The position numbers and the translations under genes were made by a program. A DNA stretch of 64,000 bases, from positions 4,015,943 through 4,079,942 of the forward strand of contig CM082595.2 of NCBI GenBank assembly GCA_040954595.2, written 5' to 3'. The stretch comes from Balanoglossus misakiensis (taxonomy: Eukaryota > Animalia > Hemichordata). The notes under the pieces were generated by a model, which was given only the letters and a program-made list of their open reading frames with translations, did not search any database and had not been told where the DNA came from. This document shows, piece after piece, positions 11,601 through 24,689 of this stretch; the stretch's first letter is position 1, and every line of letters starts with the position of its first letter.

Positions 11601-14600
11601 GCTGTAGCTTATTGTTGATACTGTGAAAGGAAGAAAAATCAAGGCACTGTATATCATGTACATGTATATAAAACAGAGAAAGCTTTCTTTGTTGTGTTTT
11701 CTTGGAAACTGAACTCTTTCTTTACCACAGCACAATGTACAGGTAAGTACAAAATTCACTGCAGAGCTGGTATTTCTAGTAATATTATACCTTCAATCAG
11801 TTAACAGACAGTAAGCTGTTTACCTGATTAAAGCTCCAAGTATGAATGTACTGGGTCCTCTGTGAAACTCTTCTTCTTTGTAATGCAATGCTTTGGCATA
11901 GGCGCGACATTTGGTTGCACGCTCTCCAAGTAACACATTGTCCAGTGGCAAAGGACCCTGAGAAAGTAAAATGATTATCGTACTTTTTACAGCTAACTTG
12001 TATTCAGAAAGAAATTACGATCGTGTTTTCCCAGTTTCCATTAAAAAGAGCAAGTACATGTATGGTGCCAAAACAATTCTGCATCGTCGGGAAAAATTCC
12101 GGTGAACAATACAACTTTTAGTATACAGTGCAAGTACCTTATCGCAGTGTTCCATGAATTCCGCCAGGTTGAGAAGAGTCTGGGTGATTTCCGGGATATC
12201 CTGGGCTGTCAACGCTTGCTCTAAACTCTGGATTAATTCATCCTGTTGCTGCTCATGTAGCTCCGACCAACACGACACAAATGCTGCATTGAATAAATCC
12301 CTGAAATCAAAATTTGTCATAGAAACTTTAATGTCGAACACACAACTTTTTTGTAATGTAAATCACAGTGTATCCTTATTGCCACCATCATTTAATATCT
12401 TACTCTGGTTCCATCTAGAAATCCCAATGTTCCTGATTAATGGTTCCAAAAAGTTTGAATTTCTTTTTTATAAATCTTTTTGCAATGCACATACTGGAGT
12501 AGTGCAATCAACATCTCTGGAATGCTTAGCAGGGAAGGCAAATTGAAAATTAATCTAATCAAACTCAAACTTCATGTGTACATTCATTTCATTTTTTGTC
12601 TTTATCATATTGGCTTTGACCACACATAATTGAATCTGGTTTCATATCAAAGCAATATAATCAAACCATTCCCCCTGCCACTTACAACTATCTCACAACC
12701 GGTTTATACCAGATCAACATGGTTCTGACTCGCTTTCAAACTTACCTTGCCAGTGGATTATAAGCCTGTGCTAGAGCCCAGCAAGATCTCAACGCTGGCG
12801 AAGGAGACTCCTTCAACAATTCCACACTGAGTCTTCTCAACCACTCCATCCAATCGTCTTTGGAGACACGTCTTGCGGCACCCCAAGCCTGACAATACGA
12901 TACAATCATTAGTCTCGTTACTGCAAGAACTATCACTTGGTTTTGACATGTACAATACCTTGTTTATTGGTATTCATTTATTTTTATGTAAATCAAATCA
13001 CATATCTTACTAAACAGTAGCTGCCTCTTACACTCAAAACTTTGTCTCTGTATGAAATGAATGTACAATAAATATTTCGTTTCAACATTCTGTAGGACAA
13101 TATACCTAGTTGCTAATTCCAGTAAAGTTTAACAATGAAAGTGGAAAAAGCAAACGTGTGTACCATTGCAAATACATGTACACAGAATGTGATGACAAGA
13201 CCAATATTGTGATGGGTTGGATTGCTTACCCTTTGAAGATTGGTGGCACTGACGTGGAGTTTCTTGACAGTACCAGTGTCCGATGAAGCAGCTGTGTCAT
13301 CGCCAAGGTTACCGCCTCTACTGAGGCGTGTTTTCCATAGCAACGGATCATCCTCTTCTTCTGCAATAGTTGTGCCCTTAAAAAATGAACAAATCAAATT
13401 TAATGAGAAAATTCACCTATTTTAACCCTTCGACCCCCAGTTCTCTCTACAGTGGTACAACTATGCCATAGAAAACAATGGATTTGGACTGAACCATGGT
13501 GGTGAAAGGGTTAATATGATACAACTTACCTGTACAATCCTGCACAGTAGCATATCATATCTCTGGTGCATGATTCTGTGTTTGGTCAACATCATCTTCA
13601 CCATTGGGATGAAAATCTGGTACTTCTTGCCCAGCTGCATCGCTAGGGATGACAGTGTATCCATGGCAATGGTGCGCAATTCGGGAGAGGTGTCCAGGGT
13701 CCTCACCAGTGGATGGATGATCCTGGAGGCAAAGTCTGTGAAGTCTAAAGTGTCGCTCAGGCGATCTATGGTCTCCAATGCAGCCCTGTTGAATTTACGG
13801 AAAATAAAAATTAGTAAAACTTGAAAATGTAAATGTAAAGTAATGTACAGTAAAACATGTCTAAACTGTACACCAAAGGGACTGAATAAATTGTTCGGTT
13901 TGCAGAGGTGTCCGGTTGATAGAGGTTCTTTTAACATGCGGTTCTATGTCAAAGGGACAGGAAACTGTGTTCAGTATAGACAGGTTTCCAGATTAGACAT
14001 GGCTCGGTTTAGACAGGTTTCACTGTATAACTATGCCTCAAAACTATTTTCTGTTTAGCTTTCTAAAATGTGGATTTTTCTTCTGTAACACTCTTACCTT
14101 CTGACAGCTGTTGGTATGTCATAGGAGTCAAATATCTTGACCACTGGTGGCAGCAACAGATGAAGATAATCATCTAGATTGGCTCCAAACATCTGCATTG
14201 CATTCAACAGCTGGAAAAATGAATGTGTATATGCTGATATTTCCCTCAATATCTTCCACTTCCTCACAAAGAAGTAATGTTACTTTCAAATATAGTATAC
14301 ACTATTGCCATCCACCAAAAGTAACCTACATGTACATACACAGCATTTAAAGAAACATTTTATCTAAATAGAGACAAATATTTTCCTGTATGAAAATCCC
14401 AGCAAGTAAATCTACCTTTCATCTATCCAGGGCTAATCTGCAAGCAAATGTTTGTGTACATGTAATTGTAAAGAGATACAGTACTGTACTTTCACACCAC
14501 TGTTCATGGCACAATATAGGTGAGATTACTCTACCTTGAGTGTGACAATTCTCTCATGGCTGTCGTGCATGAAAACCCTCAACATCTGTGGCACTAGCTG

Positions 14601-17600
14601 CGGCAGATAAACTCTGAACTCGCCTCCCAGGGCGACCACAATCTGCTCTATCAACAAGATCATTGTGATCTGCATGGGACTGTCCAGTGTCCAGTATTCC
14701 TGCAAAAATCAGAGAATAATGACTTTTGTGGTATTGTAAGTTATTTTTAAAACCTGACTTATACAAACTATGTTACATTATTTCGTCAGTACTTGGTGGT
14801 CATACAATGAAGAGATCGTCCTTATGTGTATGAATAATATGTAAGTACCTCTTCATGTCACTGAAACAACACTTGTATATACATGTATATACAAAATAAC
14901 ATTTCTTATTCCTATCTTATAACATGCACTGTATTGCATCCTTTTGACATTTCATACACTTCATCTGAAACATTTGCAATTTTACCTTTATAATTGAGAA
15001 GATGTCATCCAGGTAATTCCTGATGTGTTGTTTGACAATGGAAATAATGAATCCCAGCTGCTGGAACAAAAACTAGAAAAGAAAAGACAAAATTATTTGT
15101 GATGACTTAGCCTTCACAAATACTAGATCTGTGTAGTATATGTACATGTACATTGCATATGTGTAGATGTTGCTCTACATGGATTCATGTGTGATATGGA
15201 CATAAATAAGCAAATATGGGAAAATCAGGTCGTAACACAGCAAGAGTAACTTGTGTAGGCGTGACGTAAGAATATATTTCATGAAAGATTTATAGTAGAA
15301 ACACATTCATTGTATGTTGAAGACCATGCTGAAAATGGGTTCACATAATAGCCATTGGTGGCGCTATAATGTCTTGCGCCCAGAAAACACTGTTTATCAA
15401 AATCAAAGTGACTGTAATTTCTCACCTCTCTGATGCCAGGATCACACGTCCTTATCACGGTCAGAAAAGTGGGCATAATCTGAGGTAAAAATTGCACACA
15501 CTTGATTCCCATACTCTTGAAGATGAAAGTAATTGCCTGGACGACCATGTTGTGATGATTAGACAAGGATGGGTCTCTCATGATCCTCATCAGCGTTGAC
15601 ACGGCAACAGCTGGATAGAACTCCTCCAATGGACAGCTGCCCATGTTGACTAACATCTCACTGGTTGTGTATTCACCTAGTATATATAGTTCGCTGTCAG
15701 TTTTGTTGTATTATTTTATGACTTTATTTTCAAATTCAGACAAATGAACATAACAAAAAATCTAGACAACTGGACATGAATGGTCTTGTCTGTTTACAGA
15801 AAAAAATATTCTGAACACATAAGATCAAATCTATCCACCCTAATAGAATATTTTACAAGTGCACCACAGAATTGCAGTGTTTGATTCTTTAAAACTTACC
15901 ACTGGTGTCTTGGTTCCCTTTGGTTTCTGGCATACTGACCACAGCACCAGTGTCGTATCGGTCAATCTGTCCCAAGTTGACTTTGTGTTTGTATGGATCT
16001 AGAGCCCCCAACAGACCCAGCACTCGGATGGTCTATAAAACACAAATTCAACATTGACTTTGAAGGTTTATTCCTCATTTCATCATATTCATTTTGTTAA
16101 ACACATAAACACACACACAAATATACCGCTGAACCCATAAGGTTTCAATGGTATATACACATACCAAATAGGACGTAAAAATTAAGTGGCAATATTTTTA
16201 ATTTTTCTTCAGGTCTTTAATGCAGCTCAAAAACAAAACTGTCTGATTGTTACTTTGGTTTAGATAAGTGTCCCTGTACTTTGGGGTGTTCCAAAATATC
16301 TTTCTTTATCCATTCAGGTTACTGATTTCATTAGAATGACCACTGACTGGATTAGGACAAATGATTTATGAAATGACCACAATCTGTTTCTAGCTCACCT
16401 CTCTCCTGATTGTAGTTGACTGTTCCGTCTTCAGAAAGTTCAGCAGTACTTCTAGAAGCGACGGATATTTCCTGTATGGCTCAACCACGTACCCTGTATT
16501 CTCCACCAACTGACCCAGCGTCCAAAGTGCCACCTCTCTCTTGACCAGAGAAGAGGAATCTTGTAGCATGTCCAGAATGATGGGCAGAAGATCGTCCATC
16601 CATTTGCGCATCTCCACGCCACTGACCTGTAAACACACAATATTGCACAGATATGAAAGTTTGCCTGTCTGGACATCGGCACACATATCTGTAGCAACAG
16701 ATATGTGAGTGCAATAACAGATCTTCCCACCAGATAAAGGAATAGCAAATCTCACTAAACGGCATTATTGGAGACTTACTTGGGCCTGTTCACCAATGGC
16801 TGCAAGTACACTGATCACCACGTCAGGATTCGGATCTGGTTCTTTCAGTTTAGGAACCAAAGCCTGCAACAGGCAGAAATAAAGAAAACAATATAAATAG
16901 CACATCTCAAAATCGTCAACAGAGAGTACAGTCCAAATTGTGTTAGTGGCCACATTTTCTGTGTTTTATATGGGTCTATATGGGCTTATATTAAGGATAT
17001 ACTATTATTATTCACATTCTGTTAATTTCACATTACTAGAATATATGTATTTTGGAAAATTGTGTCTTCACCTTGACAATGGGTTCCATGTAAGGCCTGA
17101 TTAGCCTTGGTGCATTGGACACCAGGTGACCCAACATCCTGGCACTTTGCTCTTTGTTCCGACCAACTCCACTGTGTTCAAGTTCTGTCAGAATCTGTCG
17201 AAGAAACAATAACAATACCGTAGATACAGTAAAAATGCTTTATGATAGAAATCATTTCTTATTTATTGTAGAAAGTCAATATCTGTCAAGTTCTATTTGG
17301 TAGTGTTGAAATGGGATAATCTATTAACAAGAATCAATGAAAATTGCTTTTGATTTCCATAAGAAATAACATTTAATGCAATCACTTGAAGTTCACAGAA
17401 ACTGACGAAAAGTACATCCCAGGTGAATCCATTTTTGACAGGGGTTACAGCTTACCTGAATGAGGGTCTTTCTCAGAGCTGGCATGATGAAAGCTGGGTT
17501 GAGGTTACTCAGCCTGCCAATCATACACATGGCTAACTCTCGGATTTCGAACACCTCATCATTGAGGGCAACAAAGAGGGCACTCAGATTCTCTGCCTGT

Positions 17601-20600
17601 GCGAGGTGAGCGTCAAACCGTTCATCCAGCGATGCCAGAACACAGTATCTGATGTCAGGATCTGAAATGAAATATTTGGATACTAAGAACATGACAAGAC
17701 AAAGTAGATTACTTGTTTCTTAAAGGACAACTATCTGTAACTTCTGCCTATTTGTTATCATCCGAGAATGGTAACAACTAAACAAAGAACCCTAACAAAT
17801 ATACTAACAATATTATTCATCTTTATTATGTGAACTGTCTGCAATAACACATTGTACCAATGAGTGAAATTTTTGATGTTTTTTATTACTCAAAATTACA
17901 CCAGTAAACAAACTTACACATGATGTACTAACTAGTGAGCCCTTACCTTGGTCTGTGATACCGACAATGAGTAACTTGCTCAACACATCAGCAACAACTT
18001 GTGTATTAGTTGCACTGACTGGCACGGGTTGATTGCCAAGAAGCTGAAAGGCAATTATCATCTTAATATTATACCATGGTCAGCATATGCAATGTCCACA
18101 ATTATATCATACCAGTATATTGATGGTGACACTAGAGCGATTTGATTTGTATGGGCTTAGAGGACACACTGGTTTCTATAGACAAGTTTGACTGTATGCT
18201 ACATGTGATCACATCTCAAAAGTCATTGCTTACATGAAGTGACGGCCGCAACAGACTGGAACAAGTCCTGGCCGCTTCCATGCGTATCTCCTTGTGTTCA
18301 CTGCTCAGAAAATGATCGGCACAGTGGCGCACAAACTGGGTCAGCGAATGGCCTTCAAAATCAAAGCTGCCTAGCGTAGTCAGCGCCAACACTGTACTGG
18401 TCGTGTCCGTGGCATCTATCAGGTTGCTATAGGAAACTGGAAGAAACAAGAGAAATAGACAGTTTTTGTTAAGGGATGTACAGAGGTAAATGTTACCAGG
18501 GTTACCCAGACATTTTACTGGGATTCCCTTTGGTATATCAATGCAGTCATATTGATGGGTAGTAGAAGTGTTACTGGGGTTCCAGAATCAAGTACAAAAT
18601 CTTCCCCAACCTTAGCAAAAAGACTGAATCATCTTTCATAGAAAAATCTTGGATGACATGATTTTCTCAACAAAGGAAAATCAAGAGCTTTACAGTTTTA
18701 CATTGAAGCACTTGAACTCACAAAAACACAAATATGATTTTTAACAGAGGTTAAATTTGAAAACTTTGTCGTTTTTCGATCTGGAGATAAGACGAAATGA
18801 AAACTTACCAGTTGGTGGCATCACAGGCACAGAGATCTTGGGAGCCCCCGGGTGACGCAGTGGTCGGTGCATCAGGACAAGGGACAGCATCTTCAGCAGA
18901 CCGTCTTGTACGTCTTTCTTCAGCTGTGGTATCTGGTGGGCCAGGTCATTCAGGGCGGCCGTCAATGCTGGGCTGTGATAGGAAACGAATAAAAAAATGA
19001 TATGGTTCAATGCAGTTAGTAAGACATGCCTTCCTCTAGGTAAATTGGAGAGTATCCATCACATGCATATTAATTGTTCTCCTTTTTCTCACTTTTTTTG
19101 TACTACAATAGAAAAACTCACCTGAGCCCCACAGCAAGCATTGGCTCTAGCAGTTCTTTGACATCCTTAGCAATGGCTGGCCCCACTGCTCTAGCCAACA
19201 TACTGATGCATGTGAACACTGATGGGTCGACCACGAAACTCTTATGCTTCCTACAAGACAAAACAGAAAGCTCATTGATTCATTCATGATTTTTAATTGG
19301 GTTATTACAAGACTTTATAATCATATATTGGAATATATAAATTAGAGGTGATTGTATTCCTGTCATAATGAATACTTATCCCATAACTTTGTGGCAATTG
19401 ATGATTAATAAGAGATGTTCTTCTCAATGATATCACTGTTCAGTTTCGACAAACTTCACTGTTACTTACTTTGCAGGGAGATCCTTTGCTGGCAATGATA
19501 TCTTAACGATGTCCAAGATCTTATGCAGATGAGGATTAATATCGGTTTTGACAGCAACAGCCAGTAAACCCACAGCTTGGAAAGCACTGGACCTTTCACG
19601 TTCCTGTCAGAAAAATGAAATGACTTTTTAGTAACTTTCCCCTCCAAGACCAATGATTTGTCCCCACATGTACTGTCAGATTGCATGCATTTGATTATAC
19701 AGCTGATGTACTTCACTCACGAAATATTACATTGTATACTATAAGAACTTGAATTAAGAAATCAATGGATCTCACAGAAGGAGAAAAAAATTACCTTCTT
19801 CAGGCTTCCCAGCAGGTAATGCATGGTATCATACAAATATCTGCAAAGAAGAAAAACCTATTTTACAGCAATTGCTATTTAACAATAATAGAATCACTTT
19901 GAATTTGTCAGTTCAAAAATTAAGAGCCTACAACAGTGATGAAATTAATTGTGGAGATGACTTACTTCTTGACAAATGGATGGGACTGGAATGCTGCCAG
20001 TCTTGGCAACAGAATCAGCAACATCTGTTGAATCAGGGGACTGCGACTGTTTCTGTATTTCAACACTTGGTAGCACATCTGCGAGAGAGAGAAAAAAACA
20101 TGTGAGTCAGTGACAAGACCCTACTGGATGAAATATAGAGAGAGTCCAAACCATTCTGGCTTGTCAACATCACGATCAACTCAATACTTGGAAAGAACCA
20201 TCACTCACCTCGTCAAACTTATCCTCCATCAGTTCCCGGCAGTACCGGCTCTCGATATAGGCCGGCTTCTGGGGAGTGGGCGCGGTCGCCGAGATACTGA
20301 TCGGGCTGAGGGACGGCCTCTGTGGTTGGATGCTGTGGAAGATGCTGATCATGTGTTGCTGCTGTTGCTGGCTGTGGTGTTGATGGAGGTGGTGATGGTG
20401 ATGGCGCTTGGATTTGGAACCCCACGAGCCCAGCTCCTAGCCATTGGGGAAAAAAGAGAAGATATTGATTCATTGTGTAATTCTGCAGAACTAATGTGGA
20501 CATTTCGCGGTGATTTCAATAACAGTGCCTGTATTTGCTTTCCACTCAGTGATTTAGAACCCCATGGTCCCAGCTCCTGGCCATTGGGAATTAAAGAGAA

Positions 20601-21616
20601 GATACTGTTATATCCATGTACTATTTATATTGCATACTGCTCTTCAAATGAAACTAAAATTAATGTCAACGTTAGCAACTTTGTCCCTTTAAATGATTAA
20701 ATATATCATCGATGGAAAACTGATCAAATATGCTAGCAAACACACAGTTGACTTAAAATGTAGAAAGCTACGGGTCAACTATGATGCTCTGGAAAAAAAT
20801 TAATTTATCGAGACTTACCCTGAAACTTCTGTCATGCAATGTCTGCTGTTGGGATACCTCTTCCATTTCTTGTCTCAGTCTCTGTGTGTCGAAACAGACA
20901 TTTAGAATTTAAGCACAAAACTGCCTGACTGTGACAACTTCACAGGAAAATATTTGCCACAGTTTATATTTATTTGAACAATCAGGGAAAATATATTTTT
21001 TGATGAGATAGCCTTATTACTCGCCTCTCCTTCACTACTGCTGTTTCTGATCAATTCATTGATAATCAGAAGTGATCCATGGGCTCTGTCGTCTCTATTC
21101 ACACCACGTTCTTTGGTATCACTCTCCCTAAAACCCCTCTCTGCCTCATCATAAGTTTGCTGTAGAATAAAGGAAAGCACCTAATTGTTCGTTTCCTACC
21201 AAAGCACATAAAAAGAGATATATTCACATTATAAGTCTTCTGGGTGTATTATTCACTTGTATTAGTGATGACTTCGACTTTCTTGGTGAATAACACATGG
21301 GATCAATGATTGTAGACCATGTTGGATATTCAGATCACAACACAATACATGTCTGCATTTTGTTTCAGACAATACATAATGTTGTTCAAGACATGGAACT
21401 AAACACAATGATACGATTTTTTAAACAAGTTTCCTTTTACCTTGTACCACTGGGGTTTCTGCATGACTTTAGTCTCTCTCTGAGCGGTTAACACAAGACA
21501 GGCGCGCAGTGCTGCAACTGCTCCCTCACGAATTGCTTGCTGAAAATACAGAAGCATAACACTCAGTCAATAAAATTTGAGTGCTACCATGACCATCTCT
21601 GTGCGTATCTATTAGC

Positions 21617-21655
<39 letters not shown>

Positions 21656-22433
21656 AAGTAAGGGTAGCTGGAGAAATGATAGGTTATCAATGCTTATCGT
21701 TTCTCGAGCTAACCTTATTTTATGGTTCGGTCAACTTAAGTATTGGGCACTTTGTATCGGACCAGTCGAACCGTATTCTTCATATATGTATGTATGTATG
21801 TGCATGTATATATATGTGTGTATGTATGTAAACAATTACAAAACACAGCAAAACCAAACAAAATTCACAAGCACCATTCTCACCTTGGGGTCTCTCACTG
21901 CACTGAATATATTATCAAAGAAGGGCTGCACTTGCTGGAAGAAGAAAGTGGGTGCATTCTCTGCCAGTTCTCTCAGCACCAAGACCTGTTGAAAGTAATA
22001 ACAGATGAACAGTGAACCAAACTTATCAAATACATGTATATGACTTCCAGTTTAAAATTTATTAATTATGATGATGTAATATTGCTGATATCATATTCTA
22101 ATGTTACAGTAAAGACACTTCAAGAAATGAATATCTTACTGCGGCATGTCTTTTCCATTCATTCCGATCTCCTTGCAGCCATTCCAACGCTCTCCTCACT
22201 TCGAATTCCACATATTCCGAGGTGAATGTGCCGCCAGCCATGGCCAGTCTTCCCATGGCCCTTGACGCCATCTCCATGACGGTGACATCGTTGGACGGGA
22301 GGAGGTTGCGCAGGTAGTTGGCAAATCGACTGATGCGAGTTGCATTTCCTCCATCCACTCCAATCAAACTCACTATAATAAACATGATGAAATCAACATC
22401 ATCATCATCATCATCACCACCATCATCAGTGTT

Positions 22434-22472
<39 letters not shown>

Positions 22473-22496
22473 GTCATAATCATCATCATCATAAGT

Positions 22497-22566
<70 letters not shown>

Positions 22567-22932
22567 ATGTTCCACCCAAAACATTACAGAGTATCAGGGG
22601 ATACCCCTATGCATTGTTATGCAAATTAGTATTGTTTCCACTATAAAAGAACTTGATAGTCGGCTATGGCATGGTTATGATGGTATTCCCTGAACTGAAC
22701 AAATTAAAAATTGACACCAACCTATAGCGAGGATGCCGCCTTTCTTGTCGTTGACATCAGAACTGGACACCAGCTCGAATATGTAGTGGTTCAACTTGTC
22801 CATGAACGAGGTGTACTCATCCACCGACACCTCCCGCAATTCTGTGGTGACATAGTGTTGCAGGTCCTTGGCAGCCTTGGCCCTCGTCTCTTCGTTGCGA
22901 CTCTTCAGTCCGCTGATGAACTGGTTCATCAT
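8614..22932 (-). CDS. MTOR: Mechanistic target of rapamycin (mTOR), multi-exon; HEAT repeats and most of FAT domain; 3' exons not in window
   Basis: Exons translate to mTOR in order (approx.): 22722-22932 [21 protein letters not shown]; 22140-22372 [14 protein letters not shown]; 21884-21985; 21442-21539; 21025-21159; 20819-20881; 20209-20436; 19966-20078; 19795-19841; 19468-19603; 19122-19250; 18829-18973; 18232-18437; 17948-18043; 17456-17661; 17071-17195; 16779-16864; 16398-16627; 15899-16032; 15427-15677; 14985-15072; 14535-14700; 14098-14210; 13530-13785; 13230-13376; 12746-12888; 12138-12301 [11 protein letters not shown]; 11824-11958; 11541-11621; 11268-11408; 10861-11077 [13 protein letters not shown]; 10210-10396 [15 protein letters not shown]; 9832-9958; 9320-9453; 8614-8735 ending KELHKLMAR at a GT donor. 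Confidence 0.96.
9082..9189. repeat. Two-copy 54-bp tandem duplication in an mTOR intron
   Basis: AGCCTTTTATTATTTATGATTCATTCAACATCTGTTTTCAGAACATATTCCTTG twice in tandem. Confidence 0.9.
13422..13514. mobile_element. Miniature piggyBac-like non-autonomous element with TTAA flanks
   Basis: TTAA-CCCTT...AAAGGG-TTAA; core CCATAGAAAACAATGGATTTGGACTGAACCATGG recurs at about 36798-36847 and 56003-56086. Confidence 0.65.
13848..14025. mobile_element. Tc1/mariner-pogo-type MITE with TA target duplication
   Basis: TA-CAGTAAAACATGTCTAAAC ... GTTTAGACAGGTTTCACTG-TA, imperfect 19-bp terminal inverted repeats. Confidence 0.75.
21620..21655. repeat. (GT)n/(GTAT)n microsatellite
   Basis: Direct reading. 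Confidence 0.9.
22396..22566. repeat. Imperfect (ATC)n microsatellite in an mTOR intron
   Basis: About 170 bp of ATC units with a few interruptions, just upstream of a 3' splice site. Confidence 0.95.
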
Positions 22933-23230
22933 TTCGTGGCCTCGGGTAAGCCCTGGGCAAGCGTGTGTACTGTACGCTTTTCCAGCGACTTCCGGGTACA
23001 ACAATAACAACAACGGTGGTTTACCACGGCGTATTCAACTCAGAAATCGCCGGCTGACGACAGTGACGTTGGTTTGGAAACTCTGTTAAGAAGAGTCGAT
23101 AATACTGGTCTGTAACTGAGTGTTTTCGAACCAATTTCACAAATTTATCCGCGTGCTCGTGTGTTACACGTTTCAGAAATGAGACAGCGAAGAACTGGAC
23201 ACAGGTGCGTGCGAGCAATACCCCCAAAAC

Positions 23231-23353
23231 CTGAAAAAAAATTAAACAACGTGCAGCATTTTGGTGTATTCTCATACACTGAATACTATACTTTCACAGT
23301 GTGATACGACTTTCGCGGTGTTTGTCTTGAAAGTAGCGGAAATGAGCCCTTAC
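23231..23353 (-). other. Probable 5' UTR intron of mTOR
   Basis: Minus-strand CAG/GTAAG donor at 23353 and TTTTTTTCAG acceptor at 23231; no ATG seen between this acceptor and the mTOR start. Confidence 0.45.
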
Positions 23354-23729
23354 CTGTTGGGAAATCCCTGGGAACACCCCATGTACGGAACGACGGTGAT
23401 TTCCTAAACCTCGTTTTCATGTCAACCTTTGACCCATCACTATTTGACCACCCCAATATTTATTTTTTTCAAGTTTATAGAATAAAAACAGGCTAAGGAA
23501 CGGATATATTTTACATAATTAATTATATTTGAAATAACTTTACTACTGAACCACGATTTCGCTCGAAAATATAGAAAAGGCTGTGTAACATTGCGTTCTA
23601 GGGTCAAAGGGTAGGATGACGACACTTCCGCCATAATGGTAGTAGATGTTCGATTTCGTACGCCTACGTGTGTGTCAATGATGTAGTGATATAACGTGAA
23701 CATATCTTCTTTACTGGGTCAGATTGTCG
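23354..23729. promoter_or_regulatory. Putative bidirectional promoter shared by mTOR and UBIAD1
   Basis: Start codons are about 0.8 kb apart and divergent; ETS/YY1-like CACTTCCGCCAT at about 23623-23634; DR1-like motifs near 23421 and 23601 (motif identities are inference). Confidence 0.55.
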
Positions 23730-24689
23730 ATGATGGATACCAATAATGTTGTCGGTCAAGCCAATGGCACCATGAAGGGGATAATGCGGCGGAAACCCCG
23801 ATCGCGGATCTCATCATACCTAGGGGCCGTGCGAGCGTGGTCATTCAGCGCTTCGCTAACGCCGGTAGCTCTAGGTGTAGCGTTGGCGTACAAATCTACA
23901 GGTACCATCGACGTGGTGACGGCGATTCTAACCTTTGCCGGAGTCCTGTGCGTTCACGGCGCCGGCAATCTAACAAACACCTACTTTGACTACATGAAAG
24001 GTATCGACAGCAAGAAAAGCGACGATCGTACTCTAGTAGACCGAATCCTCGAGCCAACCGAAGTGGCGACGCTTGGAGCTGTCCTCTACACGCTCGGATG
24101 TGTATTTCTATTTTTCATAGTTATGTCCTCGCCGGCCAAAATGGAACACCTTGCTCTTATATTCTTCGGCGGACTATCAAGTTCCTTTCTGTACACCGGT
24201 GGGATAGGTTTGAAATACCTGGCCATGGGCGATCTCGTGGTAGTCATAACCTTTGGACCGCTTGCTGTCATGTTCGCTTTCGTTGCCTTGACGGGGAATC
24301 TAGCTACATCGCCGCTTCTCTACGCCCTACCCCTGGCTTTGAACACGGAAGCTATCCTACACTCCAATAACACGAGAGATATAGAATGCGATCGAAAATC
24401 CAACGTTGTCACACTCGCCATCCTACTCGGGCGGATGGGGTCCTACATTTTCTACGTCGTTCTGCTATTTCTGCCGTATATCATTTTCTGTGTATTGGGA
24501 ATCAATTTTTCCGTTGGATTTCTTCTACCACTGCTGACTTTACCCATGGCGTTTGATCTGGAGAAAAAATTTCGCCAGGGAAAGCTCGACAACATCCCCC
24601 AAAAGACTGCCAAGTTAAACCTTCTACTGGGAGTATTCTATGTACTGGGCTGTATTGTGATCAATGAAGAATCATTTCCCAGGATATAG
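23730..24689 (+). CDS. UBIAD1: UbiA prenyltransferase domain-containing protein 1, intronless CDS
   Basis: [69 protein letters not shown]; multiple transmembrane helices; first ATG at 23730. Confidence 0.96.
   Translation: MMDTNNVVGQANGTMKGIMRRKPRSRISSYLGAVRAWSFSASLTPVALGVALAYKSTGTIDVVTAILTFAGVLCVHGAGNLTNTYFDYMKGIDSKKSDDRTLVDRILEPTEVATLGAVLYTLGCVFLFFIVMSSPAKMEHLALIFFGGLSSSFLYTGGIGLKYLAMGDLVVVITFGPLAVMFAFVALTGNLATSPLLYALPLALNTEAILHSNNTRDIECDRKSNVVTLAILLGRMGSYIFYVVLLFLPYIIFCVLGINFSVGFLLPLLTLPMAFDLEKKFRQGKLDNIPQKTAKLNLLLGVFYVLGCIVINEESFPRI

Noticed and set aside
20110-20700. 196-aa plus-strand ORF and the 94-aa Pro-rich minus ORF
   Set aside because: Antisense and off-frame readings of the His/Gln mTOR exon.
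22373-22579. Poly-Met ORF
   Set aside because: Translation of an intronic (ATC)n microsatellite.
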